Below, in pieces: positions 59,095 to 64,000 of a stretch of 64,000 bases of DNA. A program made the position numbers and the translations under genes. The notes under the pieces are model-generated. The model did not search any database. It was not told the origin of the DNA and saw only the letters and a list, made by a program, of their open reading frames with translations. The DNA is from Chitinivibrionales bacterium (lineage in GTDB: Bacteria > Fibrobacterota > Chitinivibrionia > Chitinivibrionales > WJKA01): contig JBBRUX010000002.1 in NCBI GenBank assembly GCA_038247415.1, forward strand, positions 64,001-128,000. The letters run 5' to 3'. Position 1 is the stretch's first letter. Each line of letters starts with the position of its first letter.

Positions 59095-60039
59095 ATGGCT
59101 AAAAATTTTGCAATAACGGGTGTTGCGGGCTACATTGCACCCCGGCATCTCAAGGCAATTCGCGAAACAGGTAATACCCTTATTGCCGCGTGTGATCCTC
59201 ACGATTCTGTGGGGCTTTTAGATAGTTTTTCTTATGAAGTGAGTTACTTTAAAGAATTTGAGCGATTCGACCGGCATGCAGAAAAATTGCGCCGTAAATC
59301 GGAAGCAGAACGAATTCAGTATGTTTCAATCTGTTCTCCCAATTATTTACACGATGCGCATATCCGTTTTGCGTTACGTATTGGGGCTCATGCAATATGC
59401 GAAAAACCCCTCGTGCTTAACCCTTGGAATCTCGATGCCTTGGCCGATCTTGCACAAGAATACGATAGAAAAATCTTTACTATATTGCAGCTTCGGGTGC
59501 ATCCAGCTCTTGCTAAGCTTCGGGAAAGTATTCTGGCTTCAAACATCGACAGCGTTTACGATATCAATTTAACCTACATTACATCTCGGGGAAAATGGTA
59601 TCTCGCATCATGGAAAGGAAACCCCGAACAGTCGGGTGGCCTGGCAACTAATATTGGTATTCATTTTTTCGATGTACTTATCTGGATTTTTGGTGAGGTG
59701 GTAACGTCCCAAGTTCATTATGCAGACCCTGCCCGTGTAAGTGGATATCTGGTTCTTAAACGCGCGCGTGTTAAGTGGTTTTTGTCTATCGATCGTAACG
59801 ATTTGCCCGATCAAGCAAAGGCTATCTCAAAAAGTACCTTCCGTTCCATTACAGTCAACGGACAAGAAATAGAATTTTCCGAAGGCTTTACCGACCTGCA
59901 TACTACCGTATATAAAACCGTGCTCGATGGTACTGCCTTTGGGCCTAAGGATGCAAAACCATCTGTTGAATTGGCGCATGCAATTCGTACTGCTGCGTGT
60001 GTTGGAATAACAAGAGATAGTCATGCCTTGCTTATATAA
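59095..60039 (+). CDS. wbpB: UDP-GlcNAcA 3-dehydrogenase, WbpB/WlbA-like (Gfo/Idh/MocA)
   Basis: GVAGYIAPRHLKAI, ICSPNYLHDAH, CEKPLVLNPWN, TNIGIHFFD and EFSEGFTDLH. Confidence 0.88.
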   Translation: MAKNFAITGVAGYIAPRHLKAIRETGNTLIAACDPHDSVGLLDSFSYEVSYFKEFERFDRHAEKLRRKSEAERIQYVSICSPNYLHDAHIRFALRIGAHAICEKPLVLNPWNLDALADLAQEYDRKIFTILQLRVHPALAKLRESILASNIDSVYDINLTYITSRGKWYLASWKGNPEQSGGLATNIGIHFFDVLIWIFGEVVTSQVHYADPARVSGYLVLKRARVKWFLSIDRNDLPDQAKAISKSTFRSITVNGQEIEFSEGFTDLHTTVYKTVLDGTAFGPKDAKPSVELAHAIRTAACVGITRDSHALLI

Positions 60040-60055
60040 TAGTAAGGCTAATTGC

Positions 60056-60100
60056 AAAACGCATCACGCGCGCCCTTCGACTCCGCTTCGCAACCGTTTT
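60056..60100. repeat. Degenerate REP-like core in an intra-operon spacer
   Basis: CCCTTCGACTCCGCTTCGCAACC flanked by AAAACG/CGTTTT. Confidence 0.45.
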
Positions 60101-60122
60101 CAGAGTTTGGAAATTTCTTCCT

Positions 60123-60788
60123 ATGTCTAACTTTTTTGTACATCCTTCTGCATATGTAGACCAACCCTGCAGCATAGGTGAAGGAACCAAAATCTGGCAT
60201 TTCTCCCATGTATTGCCCAATGCAACAGTAGGAAAAAATTGCATTGTAGGGCAGAACGTTTCCATTGCATCTGATGTGCACATTGGCAATAATGTTAAAA
60301 TTCAAAACAATGTATCTGTTTACACAGGAACAACAATCGAAGACGATGTGTTTTTAGGGCCATCATGCGTATTAACAAATGTTACTAACCCCCGCTCGCA
60401 AATTAACCGACATGCGCTCTACGAAAAAATTCTCATCAAACGAGGCGCAACAATCGGGGCCAACGCAACTATTGTATGCGGCGTAACAATTGGACGATAT
60501 GCTTTTATCGGAGCCGGTGCCGTGATAGCAACGGACGTTCCCGATTACGCACTTATGCTTGGTGTTCCTGCAAAACACAAAGGCTTCATGAGTCGGCACG
60601 GCCATAAGCTTACCACAAAAAATGCGCAGGGATTGTTTGTATGTCCCGAAAGTGGATTACGGTACGAACAAACAGGTCTCTATATAATCTCTTGTAAAGA
60701 TCTCCCCGAAGAATCTCCACTTCCCGAAACCATGAAAATCGGGATGGCACCGTACAATGAAATTAAAATCAACGCACACCATACCTAG
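60123..60788 (+). CDS. wbpD: Hexapeptide N-acetyltransferase, WbpD/WlbB-like
   Basis: GTKIWHFSHV, KIQNNVSVY, GPSCVLTNVTNPRS and GANATIVCG. Confidence 0.88.
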   Translation: MSNFFVHPSAYVDQPCSIGEGTKIWHFSHVLPNATVGKNCIVGQNVSIASDVHIGNNVKIQNNVSVYTGTTIEDDVFLGPSCVLTNVTNPRSQINRHALYEKILIKRGATIGANATIVCGVTIGRYAFIGAGAVIATDVPDYALMLGVPAKHKGFMSRHGHKLTTKNAQGLFVCPESGLRYEQTGLYIISCKDLPEESPLPETMKIGMAPYNEIKINAHHT

Positions 60789-61401
60789 TCTACTCTGTAA
60801 AAAAACTGACGGCTCAATTCGCATTAAGTGCATTGTGGCGCTTGCGGTTTCAGGGCTTTTGGTTGTCGGATGCATTACGGCTTTTAGAAGTTTGGGCTCG
60901 TGGCTCGTGATCCAGAGTACCCCACCTCAAAAGCTCGATGCAATCTTTACTTTTGGCGGTGAGGCTGCCCGCAATGTCTATTCCGAAATATTACATAAAC
61001 AATATCCAGAAGCTACCTGGATAATTAGTACCGATACTCCAAAAGATGCGCTGCGTAAACTTGTTCGGCATAGAGCAGATACAACTAACCTCCTTTTCGT
61101 GGATACCTGCAAAAACACTAAATCGGAAGTGGTATTTTGCAAACAATGGCTCGAAAAAGCGCTACAACACAAACAGAGTGTTACACTAGGGCTTGTGAGC
61201 GGCCCCTATCACATGCGGCGTATCAATATTCTTAAAAGTAAGCAATCGTTTCCTCCTGCTGCAAAAATCTATTATCTGCCCGTGCCTCTAAGCTACTACC
61301 GTGCCGGAGAAACAGACTACAAGAATTGGTGGAAAAACAAGGCACTGCGGGGCCTTGTATTACTAGAAGTAAAGAAGATTGTCGGGTCGATATTTTTGTG
61401 A
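60757..61401 (+). CDS. DUF218/YdcF (ElyC/SanA-like) protein
   Basis: N-terminal TM, DAIFTFGG, NTKSE and VSGPYHMRR. Confidence 0.8.
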   Translation: MKLKSTHTIPSLLCKKTDGSIRIKCIVALAVSGLLVVGCITAFRSLGSWLVIQSTPPQKLDAIFTFGGEAARNVYSEILHKQYPEATWIISTDTPKDALRKLVRHRADTTNLLFVDTCKNTKSEVVFCKQWLEKALQHKQSVTLGLVSGPYHMRRINILKSKQSFPPAAKIYYLPVPLSYYRAGETDYKNWWKNKALRGLVLLEVKKIVGSIFL

Positions 61402-62594
61402 ACGACCAAAAAAATAGTTCTATTTTAGTTCTGGTAAATTCCCACCCGCCCTGCAAAAATATCGTCGCCGCGCAGCGATGGTTCTATTTTAAAAAGTACC
61501 TGCCGCTGTATGGCATACAGGTCGATCTTATATGTCAAGACGAAAAACGCTCCGATTACGCTACAAGCAAAGATCGGGAACAATGTGTATATCGGGTTCC
61601 ATCTCCTGTTCATATAACTAAACCGCTTAATATAGCACCCTTATTCTGGTCTTTTGCAGTTCGAAACCTTTGCAAAAAGCTCATTGCTAAAAAACACTAT
61701 AAAGCAGTTGTACTTTCGGGCCCTCCTTTTTTTACCATGCTCAATGCACCATTTTTTTCCAAAATAAAACCAGATGTCCCCATAATTCTCGATTTTCGTG
61801 ATGGGTGGAGCACGTATCCTTTCTTTGATCGTCAACCGTGGCCCACACAAATTGCAGAACGCCTCTTTTTTATGCGGCAAGAAAAAAAGTGCGTTGCCGT
61901 AGCACAAGCCCTTATGTTTCCGGTAGAAGGCCTAAAAAAAGAATACGAGGCACTGTATCCGCAAAAAAAAGAAACTTCGTACTATATTCCCAATGGCTAC
62001 GACGACGAAGCATTTACAGGTTACAAGCCATCGCAATCAACAAACAAAGTATTTACCATTGCCTATTGCGGATCGCTCGATAGAACGCGCAGCCCGCAGC
62101 CACTGCTTAATGCAATTAAACACTGTGCAGATATCCCCATAAAACTGCTTGTCGTGGGTACTCATAAAAATCGCTGGCAGGCAGAAGTTCAAAAATTGGG
62201 CATAGCCCACATTCTTGACCACAAAGGAGTGCTTGAATCAAAAGAAATGGTTCAGGCTCTCTCGCAGGCAGAGCTGTTGTGTATTGTCCAGTCGTATCCC
62301 AAAAAGTCCCAAGAACTCTCTGCAGTTTCAAGCCGCACCTATGTATATCTGCGTCTTGGTAAACCAATTCTTTACATAGGACCACCAGGGGATAATCAGA
62401 CAGTTCTCGAACGCTATGCAACTAATGCATATTATTCCAGCAAAATGGAAATACAAGATTGCATTCGCGTTGCGTATGCCGAGTGGAAGAGTAATGTGCC
62501 AGTGCCGGAGTATAATCCAGAAGTAATTCGATTCTCGCGTCAAGCAATTGCTGGGGAATTTGCAAACCAAGTCCTTAATAAAATCGCATCGTGA
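61398..62594 (+). CDS. Glycosyltransferase family 4-like
   Basis: SGPPF, LDFRDGW, IPNGYD and YCGSL; GTG start overlapping the upstream TGA. Confidence 0.85.
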   Translation: MNDQKNSSILVLVNSHPPCKNIVAAQRWFYFKKYLPLYGIQVDLICQDEKRSDYATSKDREQCVYRVPSPVHITKPLNIAPLFWSFAVRNLCKKLIAKKHYKAVVLSGPPFFTMLNAPFFSKIKPDVPIILDFRDGWSTYPFFDRQPWPTQIAERLFFMRQEKKCVAVAQALMFPVEGLKKEYEALYPQKKETSYYIPNGYDDEAFTGYKPSQSTNKVFTIAYCGSLDRTRSPQPLLNAIKHCADIPIKLLVVGTHKNRWQAEVQKLGIAHILDHKGVLESKEMVQALSQAELLCIVQSYPKKSQELSAVSSRTYVYLRLGKPILYIGPPGDNQTVLERYATNAYYSSKMEIQDCIRVAYAEWKSNVPVPEYNPEVIRFSRQAIAGEFANQVLNKIAS

Positions 62595-62622
62595 TTTCAA
62601 TCAATAGTAGTAGGCATTTTTA

Positions 62623-63624
62623 ATGAAAAATTTAGAAAACAAAAAAGTTCTTGTCACAGGCGCTGGTGGCTTTATTGGATCTCATGTAGTAGAGTATCTC
62701 GTGTCACAAGGATGTATAGTTCGAGCGTTTGTTCATTATAATGGACAAAACAGATGGGGCTGGCTGGATACCCTTGGCGAAGAAATACTATCAAAAATAG
62801 AAATTATTCCCGGAGATATTTCCGATTCCAACAGGGTTTTTGAGGCTATGGAGGGGATAGACTGTGTGTTTCATCTCGCAGCTCTTATTGGAATACCCTA
62901 TTCGTATCATGCCCCAGATTCGTACGTGTCAACCAATATTTCAGGAACCCTTAATGTTTTGCAGGCAGCCAGAACCCACAAGACTTCCCGAATTCTTGTT
63001 ACATCTACCTCGGAAGTGTATGGCACTGCCCGCTATGTCCCTATCGATGAAATTCACCCCCGTCAACCGCAATCGCCCTATTCGGCAACAAAAATAGCAG
63101 CAGATGCTTTAACAGAATCTTTTTATCTCAGCTTCAATCTTCCGGTAACTATTGTTCGGCCTTTTAATACCTATGGCCCTCGACAATCAAACCGTGCTGT
63201 TATTCCAACAATAATCACACAGCTTGTTGCAGGAAAAAAAGAAATACATTTAGGATCCACCGATCCCACACGTGACCTTGTATTTGTAAAGGACACCGCA
63301 GAAGGGTTTGCCCGCATAGCCGCTTCTAACAATACTTTGGGTACCGATGTAAATATTGCAACCCAACAAGAAATCCAAATTGGAGAGCTCGCTCTTAAGC
63401 TTATTAACCTTATAAATCCTGGTGCACGTCTTATTACCGATGTAAACCGCTTGCGCCCCGCAGCAAGTGAGGTAGAACGCCTCTTGGGCAAAAATCAGAA
63501 GTTGCAAGAGTTAACAGGATGGAAACCATCAACAGATCTTGACGAGGGTCTAAAACAGACTATTGCCTGGTTTCGTAATCCATCTAATATGGCAAACTAT
63601 AAAACAAGCGCTTATTCGGTATGA
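62623..63624 (+). CDS. NAD-dependent nucleotide-sugar 4,6-dehydratase, LegB-like
   Basis: VTGAGGFIGSH, HLAALIGIPYSY, TSTSEVYG, YSATK and RPFNTYGPRQS. Confidence 0.88.
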   Translation: MKNLENKKVLVTGAGGFIGSHVVEYLVSQGCIVRAFVHYNGQNRWGWLDTLGEEILSKIEIIPGDISDSNRVFEAMEGIDCVFHLAALIGIPYSYHAPDSYVSTNISGTLNVLQAARTHKTSRILVTSTSEVYGTARYVPIDEIHPRQPQSPYSATKIAADALTESFYLSFNLPVTIVRPFNTYGPRQSNRAVIPTIITQLVAGKKEIHLGSTDPTRDLVFVKDTAEGFARIAASNNTLGTDVNIATQQEIQIGELALKLINLINPGARLITDVNRLRPAASEVERLLGKNQKLQELTGWKPSTDLDEGLKQTIAWFRNPSNMANYKTSAYSV

Positions 63625-64000
63625 AACAAAAATTGATAGCCTTGGGTGGTGGCGGGCACTTCAGATCATGTGTTGACGTAATAGATGCCCAGGGAATCTT
63701 TGAAATTGTTGGCGTTGTTGGCCCCCATAGTGGATCGGCGGCCGAGATTTTAGACTTTCCTTTTTTGGGAACCGACGCAGAACTTGCAGCTCTTATACCA
63801 ACCTATAAAAACATTCTTATTAGTATCGGTCATATGCCGCATTCGAGGCGGCGGGTAGAGCTGTATGTACAGTGCAAGGAGCTCAAGGCAAAATTTCCAG
63901 TAATCTGCTCTCCGCATGCAAGTGTTTCATCAAGGGCAGAAGTTGGTGAAGGAAGTGTGATCTTTCATGGCGCTCTTATCAATACGCAAGCAAAAGTAGG
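63621..64000 (+). CDS. NeuD/PglD/LegH-family sugar acetyltransferase (partial, runs off the window)
   Basis: Manual translation MKQKLIALGGGGHFRSCVDVI...LGTD...ISIG...SPHASVS...VGEGSVIFHGALIN; ATGA overlap with the upstream gene. Confidence 0.85.
   Translation, partial: MKQKLIALGGGGHFRSCVDVIDAQGIFEIVGVVGPHSGSAAEILDFPFLGTDAELAALIPTYKNILISIGHMPHSRRRVELYVQCKELKAKFPVICSPHASVSSRAEVGEGSVIFHGALINTQAKV

Noticed and set aside
1..64000. CRISPR arrays, tRNA/rRNA genes, prophage, intact IS elements
   Set aside because: No regularly spaced direct repeats, cloverleaf/T-loop signatures, phage structural genes or complete transposases were seen by eye

Overview
A 64-kb bacterial chromosomal segment spanning the replication origin. 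The core block is parB-parA-rsmG-mnmG-mnmE-yidC-yidD-rnpA-rpmH <> dnaA-oriC-dnaN, with three perfect parS palindromes and variant DnaA boxes (TTATC/TAACA). LptF/G, outer-membrane barrels, T9SS-like C-terminal domains and a ferredoxin-fused Etf suggest a diderm anaerobe, probably Fibrobacterota (Chitinivibrionia-like); the taxonomy is inference only. Left arm: a PTS-EIIA/diadenylate cyclase fusion upstream of pgi, a glycosyltransferase/methyltransferase island carrying decayed Rpn and nucleotidyltransferase remnants, and purF-MBL-pyrE ending in an orphan NusG paralogue. Right arm: DNA-repair and helicase genes, an S8 protease, a Ser/Thr kinase, Rrf2, etfBA, a guaB-lptFG-RR-DGC run with a divergent PilZ gene, and the start of a surface-polysaccharide locus. 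I recognised no tRNA, rRNA, CRISPR array or intact transposase. The most notable unexplained signals are: a ~175-nt rod-folding candidate ncRNA plus a hairpin cluster in the rrf2-etfB spacer; an Rpn relic that keeps only a putative RpnS antitoxin ORF; a dispersed palindromic repeat family; a UvrD helicase lacking its 2B subdomain; and a pseudo-exonuclease/GIY-YIG fusion. All calls come from motif reading by eye; no database search was run.
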